Below, in pieces: positions 28,163 to 41,151 of a DNA stretch of 64,000 nt; position 1 is the first letter of the stretch, and the number at the start of each line of letters is the position of its first letter. The notes under the pieces were generated by a model, which saw nothing but the letters and a program-made list of their open reading frames with translations, had not been told where the DNA came from and made no database searches. The DNA lies in contig NC_086109.1 in assembly GCF_963921235.1 (NCBI RefSeq), forward strand, positions 37,264,001 to 37,328,000, written 5' to 3'. The DNA is from Mobula hypostoma. Taxonomy: Eukaryota. Made by a program: the position numbers and the translations under genes.

Positions 28163-28232
28163 CTCTGGCCAAATAAATTGTTATCAAGATCAGCAGCGCC
28201 CTCAAACGGTAACAAAGTGATAAACATGATAT
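28163..28232 (-). other. Candidate signal-peptide-like exon
   Basis: gtgtttttcCAG acceptor, GAG|GTGACA donor; hydrophobic LRALLILITIYLAR(G) ending in phase 1. Confidence 0.4.
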
Positions 28233-29449
28233 CTGGAAAAACACAGCAAAGTAGCTCTAAGAAAGCAGTGAAGCTGATTTTAGGCCTCGTAACTTTAAAC
28301 TCAATGGAAAGATAGCAATCTTGAAATATTGAACAGGTCTGGAACAAGATATAGAGATTTAAAAAAACAGAACTAATGTTTCATACGGATGGTCATTCAT
28401 TCATTCTGGGACAAAAGGAGAAACCAAGAAGAGGACAAATGAGAAAGATTATAGCAATGTGCAAGACCAAAGAGATTAAATGACAAAAATGTGCAAGATA
28501 AAATGGAGTGATAAGGAAGTTGACTTTACTTCTTTGGAAAATGATGACCCTTTGGTCAGATTATAATGAGGATAAAGTCAATCTAAGCAAAAAGTTCATT
28601 GTGGCAAATGTTTTAAGTAACAGGAACCCAAGTGAGAAAGGAAGTCTCAAAGATTTATCATTAGGGACATTTCTTTCAAGAAAAGGGTTATAAATCTTTA
28701 AAATTTGCTACTTCTGAGCTCAATGAATCATTGCGTATATTCAAGACTGAAATCAATACATTCGTGTCCACAAATGAGATCAGAAGATATGGGGACTGAA
28801 CAAAAAGGTGGACAATATCGTGAATCAGCCAAGATCTTACTGAATGGCACACTACTACTACTGCTTCCATTTCCTATGTACTAAATGAACCTTCCTCCAA
28901 AGGATATCAGAAGAAGCACATTACAGCAAAGGAGACAGGATAAGTGGATTGGAAAAGAAAAACTAGAAATATTCTTGGAGAGATAATTATAACTATTGAA
29001 AAACTTTTTCAGACCACTGTGCCAGAAGTAGGCACTACCACCTATTTTACACAGACTGTCATGCCTATATTAGAAATGCAACTATAAATGCGGCGTTTTC
29101 AATGCAGAGACATGTATCAGAGGCCTTCATGCTGCAGTTTCTTCTCAAAATCCTAGATACTATTTATAAGTTATATGAGGCAAAAGAAGACAGACCTCTC
29201 CTTATTTTATAGAATGTATTTGTCATTCAATTATATAACAGTTTTACTGATGCATCTGGGGCTAATATCATACTTCACAGGAGAAATAGAATAGCAAAGT
29301 TCAGCTAGTCTGCACTCATCAGATGTTAACGTTACGCTGGTGAACATTCTGTAAAAACCTTTCCTTACTTCAATTTCATTCATCATTTTTATTTTCATTT
29401 GGACTATCAGATGAAAAATGTTTCAGTTAGCAAGCTCAATCCTCTGAAT

Positions 29450-30497
29450 AACACCATAAGATCATAAGATATAGGAGCAGAATTAGGTAATTCAGCCCAC
29501 CATTCCATCATGACTGATTTATTATCCATCTCAACCACTTTCTCCTGCTTTTTCCCCATAACATTTGATGCCCTGATTAATCAAAAACCTATCAACATCT
29601 AACTTAAATACTGTACATCGAATGATTTGGCCTACACAGCCATCTGTGGAAAAGAATTCCACAGATTCACCACACTCTGGCTGAAGAAATATTTCCTCAT
29701 CCCTGTTCTAAATGGATGTCCCTCAAATCTGAGGCAATACCCTCTGGTCCTTGACTCACCAATGATACGAAACACCCTTACAAAACCACTCTATCCAGAC
29801 ATTTCAATATTCCATAGATTTGAGATATCCCTTCAGTCTTCTAAACTCCAATGAGTACAGGCCCAGAGCCATCAAACACTCCTCATATGTTAACTCTTTC
29901 ATTCCTGGAATCATTCTCATGAAACTCCTCTGGACTCTCTCCAATGCCAGCACACCTTTCTTAGAAAGCAGGCCCAAAACTGCTCACAATACTCCAAGTG
30001 CAGTCTGATCAATGCCTTATAAAGCCCCAGAATTTTATTCTTGTTTTTGTATTCTGGTCGTCTTGAAATAAATGTGAACATTGCATTTGCCTTCCTTACC
30101 ACTGACTCCACCTGCAAGTTTGTCCTTAAGGAATCCAGAACCAGGACTCCTGCACCTGCACCGAATAGTCCATGCTTTTATGACTTCTACCAAAGTGCAT
30201 GACCATGCACTTCCCTACATTATATTTAATCTGCAACCTCTTTGTCCTTTCCCTCAATCTGTCTCAGTCTTTCTGCAGGCATCCCGCTTCCTCAACACCA
30301 CCTGCCCTCCACCTATCTTCATATCATCCTCAAACTTGGCCACAAAGCCAACAACTCCCTCATCCCAATCATTGACACATACCCGTCCTTGCGGCATTCC
30401 ACTAGTCTTCAGAAGCTAATCAGAAAAGGCCCCCTTTATTCCCAGTCTTTGCCTTCTGCCAGTCAGCCGATCTTCTATCCATTCTAGTACGTTTCCC
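29450..30497 (-). mobile_element. CR1 LINE 3' fragment
   Basis: LYKALIRLHLEYCEQFW and a CATAAGA-type tail. Confidence 0.88.
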
Positions 30498-30823
30498 TTA
30501 AAACCATTTATCTATTCTAGCCCAACTAGCCATGCTGACCAGTATCTCCCAATTTAACCCTAGCCTTATCAAGGAAGAATTTACAATGACCAAGTAACCT
30601 ACTGACCGATATGTCTTTGGACTGTGGAAGGAAACGAGAGCAACCAGGGAAAACCCACAGTCACAAGGAGAACGTACAAACTCCTTACCCACTGTAGTTC
30701 ATCAAGAATATTATTCTTGGTACAACATTCGCTCTAGTCTCATAAAAGAAGCAGGTTCATTTGGCCATAATGATGAATCTAATCAACAGGTACATATTAA
30801 AGGCTGTGGTCATTTAAAATGAT

Positions 30824-31020
30824 TAGCTAGCCTTTGGTGTAGTGGCATCCACACCAGACTTTGTGCCAGGTGGTCCTAGGTTCAGATCCAGCTGGCTCCT
30901 TGCACATATTCCATCTGTGCTGCGTTGAGCATCCAGCTAGCAACTAAGACTCATAAAAAACAAACAAATGCTGAAGAAACTGCAAGGTTGCCGCCAGATG
31001 CGCCAGAAGGCAGGGGAGGA
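30824..31020 (+). mobile_element. tRNA-derived SINE, same family as 8281-8500
   Basis: GTAGTGGCATC..CCAGACTTTG..GGTTCAGATCC..TTCCATCTGTGCTG.GTTGAGC. Confidence 0.75.
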
Positions 31021-31089
31021 AAATAAAAGGCAGAAAATGGAATTAAGTATTTGTTTCAGCTTAATCAAGGCTATTGGGCAGTGGACACA

Positions 31090-32760
31090 TGATGAACCAG
31101 GCATAAAGATGATGAAAGAACAATTAGGGATGACTCCTCAGATAGTGAAGCAGTTCATACCCAAATGCAGCAGGATCTGGACAATATCCAGGCTTGGGCT
31201 GACAAGTGACAAGTAACATTCGAGCCACACTAGTGCCAGGTAATGACCATCTCCAACAAGAGAGGCTCAACCATCATCCCCTGACATTCACTAGCATCAC
31301 CATCACTGAATCCCCTACTGTCAACATCCTGGGGGTTACCATTGACAGGAATTACCATAACCGTGACCTGTAGCAAACTTCTTTTAGATGCAGTTCTTCT
31401 GGATGACTCCCTCACTCTGGTTCTGCTGGTAGCTGACAAGACTTGGAGACATGAGAGATTGCAGATGCTGGAAGAAGAGCAAAACGAAACTCAACTGCTG
31501 GAGGGACTCAGTGGTTAAGCTGAATGGTCTCAATCCAGAATGTGGACTATCCAGTCTGCCTCTTGCCGATCAGCCACTTAGCTTACCTACTTTCGTGCAG
31601 CCAGTTGAGAGATCGTGAATACATATCTGCAGTGGTCTGGACAAATCTGAGGGTAATGGCCATTTCCACAGGCACAGATAACGAGCAGCTATGAGACATT
31701 CTTGCAAGTGACTACAGATTTCTGTCACTGTGTGATGAGATAACCTCAGCCTCTGGCAACTATCTTCTGAGAAATCAAGGAACAGGAAAAAAATAATTAA
31801 CGAATATTCTTTACCACTCAAATGACACGAAGAGACCAATTCTAACCAACTACTCATGGGTCCTACTCTCCATCCCAATCACCAGAAACTTAGCCCAACA
31901 AAGTGCATTTTGTATCGACAGAAATTAAACTTTGGATATCCTGTGAGGAGTGTTTCATCCATTTTCTACCATTTACAAGGCACATCAGGAATGTGTGGCC
32001 TGGTGAGCCCAACTCAAACACCACTCAGGAAGTTCTACACCATTGGGGTCAGAGTAACCCACCTCACTGTCACTCTATTCACCATCTTAAACATTCACTG
32101 CCCTACTATCAACATCCTGGGGGTTACCATTGACAGGAAACTGAACAGGTCTAGCCATATAAACACCGTGGCAAAGGCTAGGAATCCTGTAGTGTGTAAC
32201 TCACCTTCTGACTCCCCAAAGCCTGTCCGCCATCTACAAGACTCAGGTCAGGAGTGTAATGGAATACTCACCACTCGCCTGGATGAGTGCCACTCCATCA
32301 ACACTCATGAAGCTCAACACCATCCAATACAAGGCAGCCCACTGGATTGGTACCCTTTCCACAAGCATCCAATCCCTCCACCATCGAAGGACAATTGCAG
32401 CAGTGTGTACTACCTAGAAGATGCACTGTAACAGCACACCAAAGTTCCTAAGGCAGCGCCTTCCAGATCCACAATCACTGCCATCTAGAATGATGAGAAC
32501 AGCAGATACCTGGGAACACCACTACTTGATGGTTCCCCTCCAAGTCACTCACCATTCTGACTTGGAAACATATTGCCATTCCTTCATTGTCACTGGGTCA
32601 AAATCATGGAATTCTCTCCCTAACAGCACTGTGGGTGTACCTACACCTCAGGGACTGCAGCAGTTCAAGAAGGCAGCTCATCACCACTTTCTGAAGGGCA
32701 ACTAGAGATGGGCAATAAACGAGGTTTACCTGGCAACATTCACATCCCATAAATGAATAA
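31090..32760 (+). mobile_element. L2/CR1-type LINE fragments with an intervening Harbinger-like transposase remnant (minus strand, ~31560-31790)
   Basis: INILGVTIDRKL occurs twice (~31321 and ~32109), plus KSWNSLP. Minus-strand FLDFSEDSCQRLRLSHHTVTEICSHLQ resembles the PIF/Harbinger transposase N-terminus. Confidence 0.6.
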
Positions 32761-33242
32761 ATTTTAAAAAAGGAGACAAACAACGTAATTTATATCATGG
32801 ATATTCCAAAGAGAGTTTGTCTTTTCAAAATGCATTCCACAATACAAAACTGAAAACAAGGACAATGTTTTCACAATGCAACAACTGAAATCAAAGAAAG
32901 AAAATGATTGTTAATGGCAACCATCATAAGTTAAATCACTGGATGGAAAATGTTAGAAAAAGCAGACAGTGGCTTCTTCTCTCTGGGTATCTACTCATTA
33001 ATTACTTCTAAACTCATATTAAGTACATAGCCTAATAAAGAGCTCCCAAATTAAGCAATCTTGAAATAGACACAAGTTAAAAGATTTTAATACTTGTTAA
33101 TATTCATGATATCTACTCTACATGTTTACTATATATCATGAACTGGAGATGCCCAATACCACATGAATCACTGATTTTGTTCAACCTTCACAGATCTGAC
33201 ACGAACACTCAGTGATTACACATATGGATTTATGGTTACGTA

Positions 33243-33727
33243 GACTCAGTGGCCACTTTATTAGGTACACCTATACTCCTGCTCATTAACTAAAACATTT
33301 AATCAGCCAATCATATGACAGCAACTCAATGCATAAAAGCATGCCGACGTGGTCAGGAGGTTCAGTTGCTGTTCAGACCAAACATCAGAAGGGGGAAGAA
33401 ATGTAAGCTGATTAGTTTTGGCCATGGAATGATTGTTGGTGCCAGACAAAATTGGTTTAGCATCTCAGAAACTGCTGATCTCCTTAGATTTTCACACACA
33501 ATATTCTCTAGAATTTACAGAGAATAGTGAAAAATGTCCAGACTGGTTCAAGCTGACAGGAAGGTGACAGTAATTCAGATAACCTCACGTTACAACAGTG
33601 GTGTGCAGAAGAGCAGAACATGTCAAACCTTGAAGTGGATGGGGTACAGCAGCAGAAGACCATGAGCGTACACTGAGTGGCCACTTTGTCAGGTAGAGCA
33701 AGTACCTAATAAAGTGGCCACTGAGTG
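33243..33727 (+). mobile_element. Internally deleted Tc1 element with both TIRs
   Basis: TA|GACTCAGTGGCCACTTTATTAGGTAC...GTACCTAATAAAGTGGCCACTGAGTG; FGHGMIVGAR..SISETADLL. Confidence 0.88.
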
Positions 33728-34863
33728 TTCATCCAACATATGAAATTACAGATGGAAATTCTGTCCTTTAATTTATTTACAATGTAAACATTAACATTTA
33801 AATGCCGCTTATATTGCTAAGCCATTCCCAATTTCATCTGAGTGGAAGTGGTCATCAATTATAATATTACTCATATCCTGAAATGAAATGAAATCTTCCG
33901 GCATTTAACATTAGAAGATCAGTTAAAAACAAATCATGAAAAATTATGCTGTTAAAATTTTAGAGAACAACTTGAACAGAATAAAAAACATATTTAATTA
34001 ATAGGCAGGATAACATTTCCTTGTTCATATGCAATAACTCAACTGCAGATACATGACAAATAACAGAACAGTAGATGATAAACAAGATAGGAACATTTAC
34101 CAGTGAATAAATGTAGACTGGAACTTCATGTATACATATACCCATTATTCAGTACTGATAGGCAAAATGCAATATATGTGAATTATATGGTCACATCTTC
34201 CAAGTTCTTAGCATTTAAACTGGTTGTGAAACAATGTGACTACAGAATCAATGCCCAGTCATTGAACAGATAGCTCGCAGTTAGTATAATTGCCTCTTTC
34301 AAAATGCAATTCAATATATTTTTCTACTGGCAATGTACATGTGGAATGTTATCTCAGTTGCAGGTAGTGCCCGGAATATAATTAATCACTAAGGGAGATG
34401 GGAACTACTTAAAAGGTACACCCTATATCTTCCACTCTTTCCAACTTCTCTGTACACGAGCTCATAATTTGCTCAGATGTACCAGATATTCACAAACATT
34501 TTGAAACGTGAGTGTGATCCACATTGTTGTGATGCTTACACACTTTATGCCTCTGCAAGTTTTCTCTGTTTCTGATCTTCTCATAACGATGTGTCATTAC
34601 TATCCCCAAAGCTCATCTTCCAATCTTCCCTAAGGTTTTGGCTGAACTAAGCTCCATCATGTTCTGAGTCTTGGGCACATTATTAACTATGTGGAAGTAT
34701 ATACCGTTGTGAAATACAAAACTACTGATAATTGTCTCATTTTTAAATAAGTGCCCAGTAATGGTCTTTTCTTCAAAAATTCTGACTGATGTTTCCTCCA
34801 CAACTTTTGATGCTGAGTAATATGGTGAAATAAATATGTGTTCATTGTATCTTCATTCATAAG

Positions 34864-37397
34864 ACCATAAGACCATGAGATATAGGAGCAGAATTAGGCC
34901 ATCTGCCCCTTTGATTCTGCTGTGCCATTTCATCATGGCTGATCCAATTTCCCTCTCAGTCCCAATCTCTTGCCTTCTCCCAATATCCCATCATGCCCTG
35001 ACTAATGAAGAATCTATCAAACTCTGCCTTAAATATACTTAATGACTCGGCCTTCTATTGACACATGTGGAAACAAATTCCACAGACTCAGCACTCTCTG
35101 GCTAAAGAAATTCCTCCTCATCTCAATTCTAAAAAGATACCCCTCTACTCTGAGGCAGTGTCACCTGGTCTTAGACACTATCACCATAGGAAACATCCTT
35201 CCACATCCACTCTGTTGAGGCCTTTCAACATTAGTTAGGTTTCAATTTTGGTCTTCTGAATTCCTGTAAGTACAGGGCCAGAGCCATCAAACACTCTTCA
35301 TATGACAAGCCTTTAAATCCCTGAATCATTTTTGTGAACCTTTTTTAACCTCTCCAAAGTCAGCACATCCTTTCTTGGATAAAGGTCCCAAAACTGCTCA
35401 CAATATTCCAAGTGAGGTCTCACCAGTGCTTTATAAAGCCTCAACATTGTATCCTTGTTTTTATATTCTATTCCTCTTGAAATGAATGCTAAATATCACA
35501 TTTGCCTTCTTCACCACCAAATCAACCTGCAAATTAACCTTTGGGGAATATTGTACAATGACTCCAAAGTCCCTTTGCACCTCAGATTTTTGAATCTTTT
35601 CTCCATTTAGAAAATGGACAACCCTTTCATTTTTTCTACCAAAGTTCATGACCATACAGTTCCCAACATTGTATTCCATCTGCTACTTCTTTCCCTATTC
35701 TTCTAATCTGTCGGTCCTTCTGTAGCTTCTGTATTTCCTCAAAACTTCCTGCCCCTCCACCTACCTTTGTGTTGTCCACAAGTTTTTCCACAAAGCCATC
35801 AATTCAGTCATCCAAGTCATTGACATATTACATAAAAAGAATCAGTCCCAACACAGGCCCCTGTGGGACACCACTAGTCACCAGGAGCCAAACAGAAAAG
35901 GTTTCCTTTATTCTCACTCTTTGCCTCCTGCCAATCATCCAGTGCTTTATCCATGCTAGTATCTTTCCTGTAATACCATGGGCTCTTAACTGGTTAAGCA
36001 GCCTTCTGTGTGTCACATTGTCAAAGGCCTTCTGAAAATCCGAGTACACAACGTCCACTAATTCTCCTTTGTCTATCTTGCTTGTTATTTTTTCAAAGAA
36101 TTCCAATAGAATTGTCAGGTAAGATTTTCCCTTGAGATCAAACTTAATGGCCTATAATTTCCTTCCTTCTGCCTCTCTCCCTTCTTGAAGAGTGGAGTAA
36201 CATTTGCAATTTTGTTTTCCTCTGGAACCATTCCAGAATCAATTGATTCTTGAAAGATCATAACTAATACTTGCACAGCCTCTTCAGCCACCTTATTCAG
36301 AACCTTGGGGTGGATGCCATCTGGTCCAGGTGACTTATCTACCTTCCGACCTTTCAGTTTCCCAAGAACTGCTTCCTTAATAATGGCAGCTTCACGTATT
36401 TCTGTTCTTGACACTCTTAATCTTCTAGCATTCTTCTAGTGTCTTCCAAACTTAAGGCTGATGCAAAATACTTATTCAGTTCATCCCCCATTTTCTTACA
36501 ACCTCTTCAGCATAATTTTCTAGTGATCTGATATCCAATCTTGTCTCTCTTTTACACTGTATGTATCTGAAGAAACTTTTGGTATCCTCTTTAATATCAT
36601 TGTCTAGCATACCTTCGTATTCCATCTTTTCCTTCTTAATTATTTTTTTGTTACCTGTCGGCTTTTAAAACCTTCCCTATCATCTAACTTCCCCCTAATT
36701 TTTGCTCTGTTATATGCCCGCTCTATGCTTTCTATGTTGGCTTTGACTTTTCTTGTTAGCCACAATTGTGTCACCTTGCCTTTAAAACACTTCTTCCTCT
36801 TTGAGACGTACTGTATATAACCTGTGCTCTCTGAATTGCTTCTAGAAATTCCAACCATTGCTGCTCTGCTGTCATTCACCCAATCTTTTCCAATCAATTT
36901 TTGGCCAGCTCCTCCCTCATTCCCTTTGCTCCATTGTAATACTGATACATTTGACTTTAGCTTCTCAAATTGCAGGGTGAATGCAATCATACCATGATTA
37001 TCTTTTTCCTCCAGGTTGCTTTAACCTAAAGCTCTCTGGTCAATTCTGGGTCATTGGGGCACACTCACTCTAAAATAGCTGAGCCCCTCATGGGCTCAAC
37101 CATGAGCTGCTCTAAAAAACATCTCAGAGGCATTCGAGAAGTCCCGCTCTTAGGATCCAGAACCAACCTGATTTTCCTAATCTACCTGCATTTTGAAATC
37201 CCCCATGACTATTGTAACATTGCCCTTTTAGCATGTATTTCTATCTCCCATTGTAATTTCTAGACCACATCTTTACTACTATTTGGAGGTCTGTATATAA
37301 GTCCCAGCAGGGTCTTTTTACCCTTGCAGTTCCTTAGCTCTACCCACAATGATTCAACACCTTCTGATGCTATGTCACCTCTTTCTAGAGATTTGAT
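34864..37397 (-). mobile_element. CR1 LINE ORF2, degenerate
   Basis: DKSPGPDGIHP, DFQKAFD, VTSGVPQGPVLG; TTCATAAG flanks at 34856-34863 and 37398-37405. Confidence 0.93.
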
Positions 37398-37654
37398 TTC
37401 ATAAGGACCTCAAAAAGAATAGAACAAAAGTAAAGACTTTAACTAAGATTAAAACTTTTGATCATAAATGTCTTACAAAAATGGTTCTTAATTCTTCAGT
37501 GGCACACTACTCATTATTTCCAGCATGTTTCACTTCAATCCATCAGTGAGCAAGAACAAGAGATTATCAATTCTTTCCACAATTCTTCCCTCATAATAGT
37601 CAATGAACTTTATTTTTGTAAAATTACTTTTGGATGAACATTTCCACTCTAAGG

Positions 37655-38393
37655 GCTCTTTCACCGGAAGTTGGAGACTACCGAGACAGTATATGAGGTG
37701 TTACTCCTCCAACTTGAGTTTAGTCTCATCATGGCAGTAGAGGAGGCCATGTATGGATATATCCGAATGGGAATGTGAAGCAGAGTTGAAGTGGCAATCG
37801 GGAGATCCTGTCTGTTGTGGCTGGCGGACGGAGCGGAGGTGCTTGACGAAGCGGTCCCCCAATCTGCGTCGGGTTTCACTGATGCAAAGAAGGCCACACT
37901 GGGAGCACCGGATGCAATAGATGACCCCAACAGACTCACAAGTGAAGTGTTGCCTCACTTGGAAGGACTGTTTGGGGCCCTGAATGGTGCCTCACCTGGA
38001 AGGACTCCACTCTTCCCCTATCCCTATTTCACTCTGCCCCCTCCTCCATCTGCCTACTACCTCCCTCATGGTTCTGCCTCCTTCTACTACCCATTGTGCT
38101 TTCCTCTATTCCTTCTTCACCTTTCCTGCCTATCACCTCCCTGCTTCCCCTCCCCCACCCCTTTATCTTACCCCTTACTGGTTTTTCACCTGGAACCTAC
38201 CAGCCTTCTCCTTCCCACCCTCCCCCAACCTTCTTTATGGGGCCTCTGCCCCTTCCCCCTACAGTCCTGACGAAGGGTTCCGGCCTGAAACGTTGACTGA
38301 TCATTTCCACGGATGCTGCCCAACCAGCTGAGTTCCTCCAGCGTGTTGTGAGTGTTGCTTTGACCCCAGCATCTGCAGAGTATTTTGTGTTCA
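37655..38393. mobile_element. Penelope-like element: GIY-YIG fragment (minus) joined to an oppositely oriented terminal repeat carrying a hammerhead
   Basis: FTCESVGVIYCIRCSQCGLLCISETRRRLGDRF..H (GIY-YIG); hammerhead core at 38262-38299 on the plus strand. Confidence 0.85.
38262..38299 (+). ncRNA. Minimal hammerhead ribozyme motif
   Basis: CAGTC-CTGACGA-AGGGTTCCGGCCT-GAAA-CGTT-GACTG; stem I is CAGTC/GACTG. Confidence 0.65.
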
Positions 38394-39671
38394 CTGATTT
38401 GGCTGATTCTCCTTACATTGTTAATGCTTTCAGCTTTCCTCAGATTTGGAATTTCGTCCCCATTTTGTTTGACTGGTTGCAATATATTTACACCTACTTT
38501 TGCCCAGTGTAAATTACTTCTTTCTGTGGGAACGTTTAATTGCTCTTTTTGAACTTTACATGGAGTTTGTTTAGCTGCTTGACCATTTGTAATATTCAAA
38601 GATTTCTTCAGTGGTATTTCTGACTATGGGTACATCATTTGATCGAAAGCACATGATCCATACCTTGTATTTTCCTGACAGGGATAGCTTGTTAACTGTC
38701 AGAGATAATTTAATATCATAACATTGTCTTGTGTATTATTTCTTCAAAAATATGGTCTCACCTTCTGCATTCATCTGAGTACACCAATAAGCGAAAACTT
38801 TGTCTCTTGCCTGCTCTGTATGTAGATCATGTGAGTACAGCAATGACTATGGCTTCTCAACAGCTCCACAGTTCAACGTAGATGAGAAAGATTGAGAATT
38901 AAAGTAACTTGACTTTGTAGAAATCGGGGCACCAGAATCTATAATATTGTATAGGCACCATTGAACATAAGTATGCATTTCCCAAAAAGTGTGTTAATTT
39001 AAGTATGATTTGAAGCATCCTGATGATCACCTCCTTCCAATTTAACTTTAACTTCTCAGCCAATCTTTGACTAACAAAGTTGATTGATTAATTTCATATT
39101 TTTACAGTTCTAAATTGTTCTATTTGCTGACTACTGTGACATACAAGACATTTTAACTGACATCTAACATTCAAGACTTCACTTCAACTTTTTAAGCTCT
39201 TAGTACAGTTTGGTCTGTGAACTTATATAAGCATTGGGATTTCTCATGATTGAGCAATCTGTAGCTGTGTTGATGTTCATATCAATGCAGTGAAAAATTA
39301 CAAATGGTTTTGTCTTGAAGTCATTCTGCCTTCCTTCACTGCCAGCTTAACATAAACACTGTAGTATCTGCCCAATTCTGGCTTCAATACTGTGTAACCT
39401 CTTCTCTACTAGGAAAATATCCTTTCTGTGAAGAAAATACACACTGCAGTTGCTTTGGCTGACTATCCTGGCCTTGCCATACACACTGATGATATGTGCT
39501 CTTTTTTGAGTTAAAATTGACCTGTTAAATTGACAAGCGTGCTGCGGATGCCTTCCATTCCATCAGCAACAGCAATTAAAACCACACTTACACACAGTTT
39601 TTTTGGATTCAACTTTAGAGCTGCAGATTTCATTACTGCTTTATGATTGGAAACTGCTGTTATATTTATAC
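38394..39671 (-). pseudogene. Large decayed exon of the pseudogene (possible MBD-like segment, then low-complexity region)
   Basis: Long mostly open stretches after a cattgcaAG acceptor; SVYF/SSQKGYFPSREEVTQY; KVQKEQLNVPTERSNLHW. Several stops. Confidence 0.4.
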
Positions 39672-39930
39672 CTTGCAATGGGCAAAATGATTTGGCATTT
39701 GTCAATAACACCAACATGACCATTTCAATTGTGCACTGGGGTGAAATGTGAGATAATGTGTGTTAAATAACATTGAGCAAGCACACTCAATTAAGTCACA
39801 AACATCACAGAACACACAGCCAAAATTATTATGCCAAGATAAAGAATTTGACAGCAATACAGCATACTCACTGATACTCGCTATTACCTCCCGATTCCTA
39901 ATCCCACATTTGTTTGCTCTCCTCGCTTAC

Positions 39931-40036
39931 CTGGATTTGAAATTAGCCAGAAACTTTTGCACCACTTCATTAAACAGAGCATATTTTCTTATCTGTGACA
40001 CTGGAATATTTACTAACTCTCCAGGTGTATAATATA
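39931..40036 (-). pseudogene. Exon remnant (VYYTPGELVNIPVSQIRKYALFNEVVQKFLANFKS), possibly PWWP/Tudor-like
   Basis: ttttatgCAG acceptor, strong CAG|GTAAGC donor, open frame. Confidence 0.55.
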
Positions 40037-40204
40037 CTGCATAAAACAACATATTTCAGAACCAGTAGCCATTCACCAAATAGCTTTCTTGCATTCTTAG
40101 ATATGACCGTTTTGCTGTTAGCACTAATTTAAATTTTTTGAACCACTGCGTCACAGAACTGTACAACATGAAAGCAAGCCTTTGTTACACCGAGTTCATA
40201 GCAT

Positions 40205-41010
40205 CTGCCAAGCATCAATTCATGTTACTGACTCAAGACTGCACTGCCAGGTCCAGTTCAAACCATGTCATCAAGTTCCCTGATCAGGGCCTCACCATCA
40301 ACGATGACAATTCTGCATACAGAGAAGAGGTAGAGAAGCTTGTCATATGGTGTAAGAATAACAAACTGAGTCTCAATATGCACAAGACAAAGGAGATAAT
40401 GGTGGACTTCAGGAAGTCGCAGGTCGACCACTCTCCATTGCACATCAATCATCTGCTGTGGAGAGAGTGAAGAGCACAAAGCTCCTTGGAGTATCCATAA
40501 TGGACAATCTTACCTGGACCCACAAAATCTCCTCATTAGTCAAGAAGGCACAAAAGCATTTGTACATTCTGAGGTGTGCAGAGCTCCCCACCCCCATTCT
40601 AATAGCTTCTACAGGACACCACTGACGGTGTCTGATTTAGCTGCATCATTGTGTGGTATGGAAACTGCAAGTCATCGGACCACAAGACCCTACAGAGGAT
40701 AATAAAAGTTGTCAAGAGAATCATTAGGATCTCCCTTCCCCTATTTGAATCATTTACCTGGAGTGTTGTATATGAAGACCCCAGAGCATTGTAGAGGATC
40801 CCTACCATCCATCTCACAACCTCTTTGACCCACTACCATCAGGAAGGAGGTGTGGGAGCATCAGGACTAGAACTGTCTGGATAACAGCTTCTTCCCTTGG
40901 GCTATGAGACTAATAAATACCCTGCCACCAGCAAGAGTAGTTGTTTACTGTTCTGTTTACTGTTTACATATACTGTACTACTCTGCTAATAAATTTACTT
41001 TTAACTTTAC
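40205..41010 (+). mobile_element. Rex1/Babar LINE fragment
   Basis: IKFPD, WCKNNKLSLN..KTKEIMVDFRK. Confidence 0.85.
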
Positions 41011-41151
41011 ACTTTGAATTTTGAATGTGATCAGAATGAGTCTGATAACCATTTTGTCCTCTCCTTCATCTAATGATAAGATCAAAAAAACTGATAAGAT
41101 CTTACTAAAAAAGTATTTTCTATCACTTCAGTCCGCAGTTAGTTTAACTGC

